Shown here piece by piece: positions 1 to 11,683 of a DNA stretch of 64,000 nucleotides. The notes below the pieces were generated by a model. That model was not told the origin of the DNA, did not search any database, and saw nothing but the letters and a program-made list of their open reading frames with translations. The stretch lies in assembly GCA_002633005.1 (NCBI GenBank), contig NMRA01000006.1, positions 1,136,442 to 1,200,441 of the forward strand, read 5' to 3'. Source of the DNA: Phoronis australis. Lineage: Eukaryota; Animalia; Phoronida. The translations under genes were made by a program, and so were the position numbers. The first letter of the stretch is position 1, and the number at the start of each line of letters is the position of its first letter.

Positions 1-460
1 AAAAAAAAAAAAAAAAAAAAAACTTGCTGTCAGAGCAACATACTTGGCGGAAGAATTCCGCCAAGTAACAAACTTAGTGGAAGAGCAACATACTTGGCGA
101 AATTTATTTCGCCAAGTAAAAATAGGTTTGCTTTGAAAGCAACTAAATTTCCGTGACTTATGTTTACAAAATTCTTTACACCAATACTACTGTCCGTTCG
201 AAGTAGACTGAGAAATTGCTGTTTTTTCATCCCTTGCTTTCTAAATTTTTTGTATGACTATTGAAATATTCACATAATCATAATTGACATAAGAGTTATT
301 ATTTCTATCTCGTTTGATGATTATTTGAGAAAAATATTAGCAAATATTGGAGACGGTATTGGCCTTTAGTTGTTGACAATAGGAGTTGGTGATAACTTCA
401 ATGTTCGAAGTTGACCACCTCAGTATCAGCGTTATGCTGTATCCACCTGTTTACTGCATA

Positions 461-570
461 GTTAACTAGCGCTGTTGACTAGCGCTGTTGACTAGCGCTG
501 TTGACTAGCGCTGTTGACTAGCGCTGTTGACTAGGGCTGTTGACTAGCGCTGATAACTAGCACTGTTAAC
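461..570. repeat. 13-bp tandem repeat (actagcgctgttg), about 8 copies
   Basis: Seen directly in the sequence. Confidence 0.9.
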
Positions 571-2427
571 TTTTATCCAGAACCCAAGTTAACCATTCGT
601 ACTGCCCGTAACTGCCCAAAACATTGATGCATCGTCATTAGTAAGGGCCTGTAGAGAATAGTTGCATTCAGGGGTTCACCCAGGAGCTCTTGGAACTGCT
701 GCTAGCAAGTTAAGAGAGAGATATCCATGCTCACTTACTTAAAGGGAAATAAATTTTATTTTAATACGTGTCTTGATTAGCTTTCACATTCATGTTTTGC
801 TTCACAAATATTCTTTTCTAAATGCAGTAGGTCCTGGTCACAGAGGACCAGAAGTGCCAAACTTGTGGTTACTACTATAGCCAGCTATGAAAGTAGTGCA
901 GCAGTAGTGCATTCTTTTGACCTATGAGGTCATCTAGGTTGTTGGTTGTGCTAGTTTGTGAACATAGTTGTTTATGTTTTCATAATGCTTACCAAGTTAT
1001 AACTTGGTAATAGAGATGTTAAGTTAAAGCAATGGGTTGGGATTTTAAGTTTGCTTTTGTTTTCTTTTAACAATTAAATTATATGTACTTTAGGTCTTTG
1101 CTAAATGTGATCTGTTGGTTTTGATTTTGAAGTCAGTCCTTAGTGAGAAATATATGTAATTAGCAATGTGTAGTGGGCAATGGCAAAGTTTTTATGCTCG
1201 TCTGCTTGTACCAATACCATGTAGTTGATGGAACGTTTTCATTGGTACTGAAACTAACACTAGGAAGTGAACTGATTTCCTGGAAATAGTTCCTCTTTCT
1301 CGTTGATCATTATCAATGACTCAATGTTCAAATGATATTTCAACACAATGCCTAGAGGTATGTTGATGTATCAATGTGGTGAATTAGACAGTTGAACCTT
1401 AGTCGGGTCGTCCAATGTATGACATGGTGGCACTCAAAACGTTATCTAGGATGTGAAATGTACTAAAGTGCTTATAGTGGTAGAATGATGAACATTTGAG
1501 TAAAAGATATATAATTCCCACCTTTACCCTTTGACAACAACACCTTGTAATAACTGACACTAAAGTTAATCTTTCACATCCCATTGAATGGTTGACATGT
1601 CATCACTAGTAAGTCCAACTGTTTACTGCTAGTGTTCATGGCACAGTGCAATCCCCAAAACATCAATGCATCAATGTTGGTGTACAAAGCTTGAGATGGA
1701 GTATAAGAATGTAACAAGCTTGTCTTGATATTAGCAGCAAATTGCTCATGAAGATTTTTATGCTGTTCGCTGTTTTTATGCTTGGTTGTAAATGATGAAT
1801 CTGCGACTGTTTACATGACGATTTTCTCCACTATATTCTGCGGTATTTTATAACGTGCCCTCTCTTAGCAAATAAGGGGGTTTCGATGCTGTCGGCCAGT
1901 CCAGGTAAACGACTACATCTTAGTGGTGTGCAAAAATAAATAAAAAAAAATTCATATTTTGTGCTCTAAGGCTGATTGCTCAAAACAATGTCATGAAGCG
2001 TACATGGGTTTGGTGAGCCGTATCTCAGTGCAGGTGGCCCGAGTGATTTATTGTAGGGTAAAATCCTGTATTTTTAGCAAATAAAATCCTCTATATTTAG
2101 TGGGTAATGAAGTGTTGATTAAAGACTGGATTTTACTTGGCATGTTGAAATAATGATTACAATAGCAATGAAAATGGCGATTAAAACATCCATGTAAATA
2201 GGCCTATTCTCAGAGTTGCTTTCCTTGGCTGTGAAATACTTCTCCATCTTGCAAAACAATTTGATACAGTATTACCAAATTTACTCCATAAACAAAACGC
2301 AATATCAATGAAGACTGGTGTCTGATAGACACGGAACATGGTTTTCAAGTGGGTTTGTATGAAAGTGGGGTGAGGTTAACTGTATTTATTCCACCTCATT
2401 CTACGATGTGAACACTGTATATTTCAG

Positions 2428-5400
2428 CTCCAGTGAAGGTCGTGACTGAACACTCCAGCCCCCCTCGGTTGTACGTCCAGTTGGGTCGCACTGCCAGGCT
2501 ACACTGTGAAGTGATAGCCTTCCCTCCACCCAGCCTGGTCTGGCGCCGATGGGAGAAGGGTCGCAAGGGCACTACCACGGTGACGGTGAGTGGGAGGGGA
2601 TCTAGAAGAAGTAAATGCATGATGGGTAGTTGTTAGTCACATGACTAAACGAGTTGAAGAATAGTGGTGTACATGATGGCTAAAATTTGTTTTGCTGCTT
2701 ACCTGTTTAGTAAGGTGTGACACGTTTGTAGCTTTGGCTTTGTATGTAGGGAAGGTAACAAAATGTAGATCTTGAGCCATCCGGGAATTACATAACTATA
2801 TTGTAGTAGGACGTGTCTGCTGGAGTCAATATATTGTAGTAGGACGTGTCTGCTGGAGTCAATATATTGTAGTAGGACGTGTCTGCTGGAGTCAATATAT
2901 TGTAGTAGGACGTGTCTGCTGGAGTCAATATATTGTAGTAGGACGTGTCTGCTGGAGTCAATATTTGCTAATTCGTAGTATTTCATAGGTTGATTTACAA
3001 TGTTGCTGACAAGTACTCTGGTCATGTGGGAGATCTTTTCACACACTTTGTTGCAGTTTCCTGTACTCAAGACTTATTTTCTTAGTGCCTGTTGAGACTG
3101 ATTGACAAGAAATGACACCAGATGGTTAAAAACTAAATTGTTTTTTAAACTGTTTCTTGACAATTTGAAAGTGGTTGCACGTTGTTCTATTCATTTTGTA
3201 ATTGGTTCTCCGAGTGTGCTATATACTGCCAACCATTACAATGATACCATTTTGATTGTGCACTGAGCCACTTACAAGTGACTTATAATATGACTATAGA
3301 AACTACATTAATTCCAGATAATGAATGAGACAACTGCTGGTAAGGTGTACAGTGGAAAAACTCTGAGTGTTGGCGTGACTTCCTCACCCAATTATGTGTA
3401 TGAGTGTGAGGGTGAGAACTACATTCAGGGTAGGCCCTACAGAGCCAGGCACACCATAGAAGTTGTAGTCACTAGTAAGTCTGTTCTACGTTCTTTCTTG
3501 TTGGTTAGAAATGCTGACAGTTCAGTCGCATCTGCTCAACACCCTGTTTTACAGCAATTTGTTGCGAGTGCAACAGAATTTATAACAATGAAATCAGTCA
3601 AACGCCAAATGGTTATTTTTTCTCAGATGAATTTGATGGCACTAAGCTTATTTTAGAGTATAGCTTTGTCTCATTTATTCAAGCATGTCTGAATAAGCTT
3701 TTGCTTGACTTGAGGTCTTCCAATGCTCTGAGCTCTGTATAACCAGCAACATAAATTATGTAAATCGGGGGAAGAAAGTGTTAAACAGAGATCTGCTCCA
3801 AACATTGTTCATCAAATTGTATTCTCAGTTTTGTGAATGACTTGTCATCGATATCCATGTTCATTCAAATCTTGTTTGGCTATCGGGTCCACGTAAAGCG
3901 TGGTTTGTGAAGTAATTGATTCTTTTCTGGATTGTAGTTTTGAGACCATGTTCTTTGGGTAACCACTTCAGTGAAATTAGAATTGGAATTGGTCCTCATA
4001 CTCCACCGTGTTCCCACCATTGTCTAAGTTTGCCATAAAATTATTTTCAAAGCATCATCGTCAAGCTTTCAAGCATCTTACATGTAGTTCTAGATGGTTT
4101 ATAACACCAGACATACTGTCCATAAGCTCTCTGTACTTAGTGTTGTAGAAAATGATAAAAGTTGATTTGCCGTATTTCAGAGCTTGAATTATTTCTTCAC
4201 TCAAGGGCAAAATCAAGACTGTAAAACCAAGAGTTGTCCATGAAGTACGTGCACATTCCAGACAGTGTCCAGGGCCGGATCCAGGACTTTGAGTTAGGGG
4301 GGGCCAGGGCAGAGTATTAGCCAGAATTTTGCCCGTCAGACATTCGCATCCCCGTACTGCCAAATGGAAAATGGGAGAATTTTAGGAGGGGCCATGGCCC
4401 CCTTGCCCCCCCTCTAAATCCACCACTGGTGTCACTCCTGTTGTGTGCCCTGAACGTGCATGCACAATCCCTTTTCAAACATCTCTCGTCACCTGTTGTT
4501 TGTTCTAATGGTGCTTTCTGATTGATTTTAGATTACACCACTAGAAAAACAACTACATCTGCACCGCCAGTCACTACTTCTGTCCCTACTACCACGACAA
4601 CTGTTGCCATGACTACCACAGACTCTACAGTGCAAACAAGCATAAAGTAAGTTAAATTGTATTAGCCATCCTAATTTACAAAGGAATGTTTTAGGTGAGT
4701 TTGTTGTAGTTTTATGAATGCTCTGTGTTGCTCAAAATTTGTGTGCCATGTTCCCATCTACTATAGAAAATACAACAGTTTGAAATTCGGTTGTGTATAT
4801 GCATACCTGCATACCAGTCTCAGAAACTGTGTTGGGAGTTACTTAAAGGTAAATGTTCAGATGCAGAGGCTTAATTGGTATAAAATAACAAATAAACAAA
4901 TTTCTTTTGTTAGTGTACATGTAAACTGGGTATGAAAAGGGTGTTTCTAATGCATGGCAAACAGTTAAATGTTATTGGCCACAGCAATTAATTTTTCATT
5001 GTGACTTGTTGTTTGGTTTGGCTTAGCTTTGCTGTTTGTATCCTTACATTGGGACACTATTGTATAACTCTGTGGTACCGTTATGTTTCAGCCCATCCAG
5101 TCAGTGCGTCATTTACACTGGTTCTGTATGCCGTAACTATCTCAAGGGCCGTGTAGTTTACTACAAGCCAGGTACACCCTTGGCCAGAGTGGAAGAGGCT
5201 GTACTCAAGCTCATGGAAGACGTTCTCTCACACTATGCCCAAGGAACATGCCTAGAAGAACTGAACAAGCTAGTCTGTCACAGTGCATTCCCTGACTGCA
5301 CCAAGTCTAATGTGGGTGGCCAATCTTGGCCTGTTTGTCGGTACGTTATTCTTGCTAAGTATACCTTGTTTTCACCTGCCAACAAAACGGACAGTAATCC

Positions 5401-8400
5401 TGCACTTATTTTGCATAGAAATATTTGCCAGAGGTGTCATTTTTATTTGCCCACATTTTTGTGGTCGCATATTGTCTTCTTCCTGCCTGGTCGTCCAGTC
5501 GTGTGGTCATCCGGATGTCTGCTTGATATGTTAAAAAACTCTAGCGGTATTTTGATGAAATTTACCATAAGGATGTTGGGCATCACTATAGCGGTGCATC
5601 GTTGCACTTTTCAACTGGCCCAACCCCCCCCAGAGCTAGGGGGATGGGGCTTTTCAGTGTTTTGGGAGTGCGGTTCCAGATGATGCCCATTCTGTTACAA
5701 GGTCAGATCAGGCATTTTGGAAATTCTTTAAGACAGTTGCTTGTTTAAACACTAAAACCTGTCAAAAAAGTTTTCACTAATTCAAATTGTGGCTAGGACA
5801 TTTTCGCTTTATTTGTAGTTTTTGATAGTTAACTTTGCTAAGTTTATTGACATAAACCATGAGTTTTTCGGAAAATCATCAAATTTTAGTGTTCAAGATT
5901 AATATTCCTTTTTTGTTGTTTTTGCATTGAATTCATCTAAATATCTCGCCTGAATATTGACCTGTCATAGTTTTCAGCACTAAAACTTGATTTATAATGT
6001 ACACTTTAAGTAAGTACTTCACCTGGACGAATGATAACTTTCATCCTCTGGTCATTAAAATTGCCAGTATCAGATGGGTGTTAAAAAGGCATTGAATGTG
6101 AAAACTAATCAAAAATATCTTTTAAACTATTCCTGACGAAAGTACCATCTCATGTCTAGTGCAGAGTAATTCACCTGTGAGGAAATTTCCAGAAATCACA
6201 AAATTTACGATTTTTGAAATACGTGCGAAGGAAAAACTCTGTGGTTACTACAGTTTCTAATTTCCCTCCCACTTATGATAAATGCACTGACACGCAGTTG
6301 CTTGAAGTGGCTTCAGGTCAAATGTCACATTTTCCATATACGGGAAATGTGTTATGTCTATGTCTTGCCATACCAAAGAAGATGTGCTTTGCCTTGTGGA
6401 AGAAAAAATTGCAAAGAGGCGAGCAATTGACAGATTGTTTTTTTTTTGAAATTTGAAGTTTGAAACTGTAAGAAAATGCTTTGATATCAGAAATTTAATA
6501 AAATCTTTACGAACAAACTCTAAAAATACCTGGTGAGCTGGTTGAATTCTGTTTCAGTTGCGGAGAACCACTTTCAACATGATTGCAATTTAATCTGTTT
6601 ATTGCGTTCCAAACCTCTTTAAGTTTATTTTTGTGTGAAACAAATAATTGCACGTGTTATCTTGACCATATGATGCACTTTTATTTCAGGGAAGACTGCC
6701 TGGCCATCAGTAGTTCTACATGTTTCAGTATCTGGGCTCTGCTCACCAAACAGATGAGGTGTAGCTCCACTCCCCTCACTCAGTTCCCAATGACGTGTCA
6801 GGGACTCCCCAGCAGATATAATACCTCGTGTACAGACTTGCACCTCTTTCCACGACATTCCTCATTCACAGGTGTGTTGCTGTTTGCGTTTTCTGGGTCA
6901 ATGTGCCGGGGAAAGTGTTGGGACTCTAGAACTACTTTGTAGTGGCTGCTGTTGATGACAGAAAATGCAGAAATCTCTTTAATTGTAGAATACTATGATA
7001 GTTGCCCCATCCTACATGTGATCACAGGAGTTATAAACTTAAATATTGTTTTATTGTAATCTTGGAATGTCTGAATTAGGTAGTGCAGTGAGGTACGTTG
7101 CACATTCTCCTGAAACATCCTTTGAATTTTTAGTGGTGCATGGCAATATTTTGGTATGGAAACCATTTTAAGGGTTTTCTTGCTATACGGTATGAATGAT
7201 GATAATATGATTGCAATTTATTACATTTTGGACCAATTGGAATTTAGTTGTCGCTTATGTAACACTTTTAATTCACTCTTAATTGAAGTAAGCAATTTTG
7301 TCTGGATCTTATTATTGCTGTATGTAGTGTCAACAATGTTAAATCTTTCGTTTGGGGATTTTTTGTTTATGACTGTATTCAATTTCATATTAATAAGTTT
7401 TATAGAGCATCGCCATGCATTTCAGATGACTGTTACCGAGACAAAGGTCGTTACTATAACGGCACTGTCAACATTACCAGATCAGGCCATGCATGCCAGT
7501 CCTGGTCCGCAAGTCACCCACACGCACATAATTATGATCCAGCTGTCTTCATGGAACTGCCGAAGTTAGACAACTTCTGCCGTAACCCAGGTGACAAAGA
7601 GGACCGGCCATATTGTTTCACAGTAAACAAAACTGTGCGGTGGGAGTATTGTGATATACCTAAGTGTGGTGAGTTGAGTGATTATTGGAATTGTGTGGTG
7701 TATTTAACTTACTTAGTTTTTAAAACATTGACTTAATGTCTTCTTGTTAAAAATCGGCTAAAATTGCCAGCCATTTTTCTAGTGATCCTGGTGTAATGTT
7801 TTGTGTTTTCCTTCTGGATTTTTGCCCGACTTGTATAAAGAATTTTTGATGAAATTTGTCAACTTTCTATCAACAGTTCTTGAAAAAATACACTTGAGTG
7901 TGATAAGCTTAAGTGATGTACCTGCACGTAGTTAGTATACAGTGTGGTATGTTAAAGTGATGTACCTGCAGGTAGTTAGTATACAGTGTGGTATGTTAAA
8001 GTGATGTACCTGCAGGTAGTTAGTATACAGTGTGGTATGTTAAAGTGATGTACCTGCAGGTAGTTAGTATACAGTGTGGTATGTTAAAGTGATGTACCTG
8101 CAGGTAGTTAGTATACAGTGTGGTATGTTAAAGTGATGTACCTGCAGGTAGTTAGTATACAGTGTGGTATGTTAAAGTGATGTACCTGCAGGTAGTTAGT
8201 ATACAGTGTGGTATGTTAAAGTGATGTACCTGCAGGTAGTTAGTATACAGTGTGGTATGTTAAAGTGATGTACCTGCAGGTAGTTAGTATACAGTGTGGT
8301 ATGTTAAAGTGATGTACCTGCAGGTAGTTAGTATACAGTGTGGTATGTTAAAGTGATGTACCTGCAGGTAGTTAGTATACAGTGTGGTATGTTAAAGTGA

Positions 8401-10453
8401 TGTACCTGCAGGTAGTTAGTATACAGTGTGGTATGTTAAAGTGATGTACCTGCAGGTAGTTAGTATACAGTGTGGTATGTTAAAGTGATGTACCTGCAGG
8501 TAGTTAGTATACAGTGTGGTATGTTAAAGTGATGTACCTGCAGGTAGTTAGTATATAGTGTGGTATGTTAAAGTGATGTACCTGCAGGTAGTTAGTATAC
8601 AGTGTGGTATGTTAAAGTGAGGATCATACAGGTAGTTAGTATACAGTGTGGTATGTTAAAGTGATGTACCTGCAGGTAGTTAGTATATAGTGTGGTATGT
8701 TAAAGTGATGTACCTGCAGGTAGTTAGTATACAGTGTGGTATGTTAAAGTGAGGATCATACAGGTAGTTAGTATACAGTGTGGTATGTTAAAGTGAGGAT
8801 CATACAGGTAGTTAGTATACAGTGTGGTATGTTAAAGTGAGGATCATACAGGTAGTTAGTATATAGTGTGGTATGTTAAAGTGAGGATCATACAGGATTA
8901 TCAGACAACATACAGTGTTTTTACCAGTGGTTATTATATTGAAATTTGTGACATGCAAAGCATTTGAACAAATGCTATGTGCAATGTTGCGACTGCGTGC
9001 TCAGAAAACAGTACTTAGGTTTCAAGACAAGTTGCATGTAGAGATTCATCTGTCTTTATCTACATTGTGACAAGAGTTATGGAAATAAGGAGAAATTTTG
9101 TCATTGTAAATCATAAAGTTACCTGGAAGTTGTTTTGCTTTGAAATTATGTAGTGTTTTTTGCCTGAAGTAAAATTATCTGCTTTCTTGTGGAAATTTTT
9201 GTTACTGATATTTTTTAACTGTTTATTACTTACTCATGAAAATGTTAACGTTGTGTTGTTTGTTTCCAGATAAGAAGTTTACTACGCCATTCTTAGAGGA
9301 CTCCGGGCAGCTGGACGTGTCAACTACTCTACTGGTCATCACCATGGTTGTCTCCTCTATGGCTTGTATTATGTTTGTACTCGTTGTAGTCATGTGGCGC
9401 CGCATGAATCATCGTGCTCACACAGCATCCTACAACAGAGGTCCTCGCTCTCTGGCAGTGGATATCAGCTTGGATGAGGTGCCTGACAATGAGGGATACT
9501 TGCTGAAGTCAGCTCATTTAATCAACCCTAAATTGGAAAAACTGGAGTACCCACGTAATGATATCGTATATCTGTGTGATATTGGGCAAGGTGCTTTTGG
9601 TTCAGTCTTCAAGGCTCGCTGCCCGGACATTGTTGATCAGGGGATCAGTACACCTGTGGCAGTGAAGATGCTGCGCATGGATGCCACAGAGGAAATGCAG
9701 GAGGATTTTGAGTGTGAGGCGTCGTTGATGGCCGAATTTGATCATATGAATATTGTTAAACTTTTGGGAGTGTGTGCAATAGGGAAACCAATGTGTCTGC
9801 TGTTTGAGTACATGACAAAAGGAGCCCTGAATGAATTCCTGAGGCATTGTAGTCCGGAACACTTTATTGTTAGACAGCGGGGAAGTATGGGTGGTTACTA
9901 CGGTGATACACCCAAGTTGGACCACATGGAGCAAATCCACATAGCACAACAGATTGCGAATGGAATGGCCTATCTGTCTCGTCTTGGCTATGTCCATCGA
10001 GATTTGGCCACGCGTAACTGCTTAGTTGGCCACAATCTGTGCATTAAAATCTCGGATTTTGCTTTGGCTCACAAACTTGATGGTGATTATTATCATGGTG
10101 ATGACAGTGATGCTGTTCCCATACGGTGGATGCCTATGGAGTCAATATTCTACAATATGTTTAGTGTGGAGTCAGATGTCTGGTCATTCGGTGTAGTCCT
10201 ATGGGAGATCTTCTCTTTTGGGGTACAGCCGTATTATGGCTTGAGTCATGAACAAGTCATCAACTACCTCCAAGAGGGGAGAGTTCTGTCCTGTCCGGAC
10301 AATACACCGCAGGAAATCTATGATCTCATGTGCATGTGTTGGAGTCGTAAGCCGTCCACTAGACCAGTGTTCACTATGTTGTACCGATCCCTCAACATCA
10401 TTAAGGAGACATTGATCAATGCTAAGCTACAAGCCAGTCCTAAAAAGACGTGA
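2428..10453 (+). CDS. MUSK: MuSK/Nrk-like receptor tyrosine kinase (5'-partial; 7 exons in window)
   Basis: Phase-consistent GT-AG exons: 2428-2585 and 3318-3474 (Ig domain, [15 protein letters not shown]...YECEGEN); 4532-4646 (Thr-rich); 5092-5340 and 6690-6871 (Frizzled CRD); 7426-7668 (Kringle, [11 protein letters not shown]...NFCRNPG...WEYCDIPKC); 9270-10453 (TM plus whole kinase: [41 protein letters not shown]). The LEYPRN and [15 protein letters not shown] motifs resemble MuSK/Nrk more than Ror. Confidence 0.85.
2798..2965. repeat. 33-bp minisatellite x5 (atattgtagtaggacgtgtctgctggagtcaat)
   Basis: Direct repeat; it explains the spurious ORF 2699-3070. Confidence 0.9.
4270..4428. mobile_element. 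Small MITE with 5-bp TSD (gtgtc)
   Basis: Ends are cagggccggatccag and ctaaatccaccactg; gtgtc flanks both sides (4265-4269, 4429-4433). Confidence 0.65.
5440..5700 (+). mobile_element. Helentron/HINE-like repeat fragment
   Basis: Shares tgttgggcatcactat and general layout with the element at about 41810-42825. Family assignment is inference. Confidence 0.35.
7913..8896. repeat. 44-bp minisatellite, about 22 copies, in the last MuSK intron
   Basis: Unit gtgatgtacctgcaggtagttagtatacagtgtggtatgttaaa; variant units with gaggatcata occur near the 3' end. Confidence 0.95.
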
Positions 10454-11496
10454 CAAATCCCCACAACCTCAAAGCAGCTTTTTGTTGTTAGTTGATGAAA
10501 CTGCTCTTTCTCATACTGATGGTCAAGTGTTGGAGCATTGTAATTTGTGGAATTTCATGTACTGCTGTCGTTTTTTAAAATGTACAATGGGATGATTGCT
10601 GGCTTGTAAACATTGGTAATAACACAGGTAGTTTGTGGATTTGTAACCTGAATTCATGGTCAGGTTTATTTTGGGCATGATCAGATGGTGTGTGCCTTGA
10701 AAGTTGCTACGGTAAAAATTCTCCCATTGGGGACAGTGAAAAATTAATTATTTTGCTCAAGGTTGGAGCTTGTCCCAAATTCTAGAAATAGGCTCTATTG
10801 GCTGTCCCAAATTCAAGAATTACCCAAAAGATGACAGAATTTCGCAATCTGTAGGTTGATAACGCATCCAAAATTTGAAAAATATGGCGAACGCCAAAAT
10901 TGCCATGTCCCAAATTCTAGAGACAGTCCCAGATTTGAGAATTTATTACAGCAATATTTAGCGTGTACTTATTCAATGCATTTTGAGGCTTGTTTTCAAT
11001 CTTTTATTTTTTGCTATGGTTCCTATGTTTCACTTGCACCAAAACATGTTGCAGTGGACCCTTGATTTATACTCTGGTGATATTCCATCCTATTATTTTC
11101 AAGTCCCTAAGTTATCTGTGATGTCATCGAATGTTTACCAGCTGAGTGATACCTCAGTGCATTTGAAAAATGAGAGCAACATGTCTTTGTGTTATTTTTG
11201 TACACTCCTGAAAATTTTGGGTGAATTACCCGATTTCTGTTCCTCATAAGCAATGATGCGTCTTATATTCAAATATGTATTTGCTTATCGTTAAGTTTAA
11301 GATGGACAAAGTGGAAATAGCTGTCAAGTATGTCACCGTTATGTAGTTGAGTAACATCGAATTAAATTTCTTTACTCTGTCAAGCTGTGCTGTACTGTGA
11401 GCAATTGTTTTAAGTGATGTAATGTATCTGTGATACTTTGAGCATTCTACTTGTTAGTTTGGTTATATTGATGTAGTACCTTTTTATCTCAACATT

Positions 11497-11683
11497 GCAA
11501 TGGCAGTGTATTTTCATGTGCCCACACATATGGCAATGCATTTTCATGTGCCCACACATATATGGCAATGCATTTTCATGTGCCCACACATATATGGCTA
11601 TGCATTTTCATGTGCCCACATATATATGGCTATGCATTTTCATGTGCCCATATATATATACATATATATATATATATATGTAT
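11497..11683. repeat. About 30-bp tandem repeat (atggcaatgcattttcatgtgcccacacat) ending in (TA)n
   Basis: Seen directly in the sequence. Confidence 0.85.

Noticed and set aside
828-930. Possible extra MuSK exon after aatgcag
   Set aside because: No convincing donor and no Ig-like or signal peptide sequence.
2699-3070. Repetitive ORFs (also 11495-11814, 22405-22626, 28439-28723, 29290-29703, 41875-42219)
   Set aside because: These are translations of tandem repeats or microsatellites.
7913-8896. CRISPR-like regular array
   Set aside because: No unique spacers; it is a pure tandem repeat in a eukaryotic intron with no cas genes.
9602-9997. Antisense 131-aa ORF
   Set aside because: Shadow of the kinase exon.
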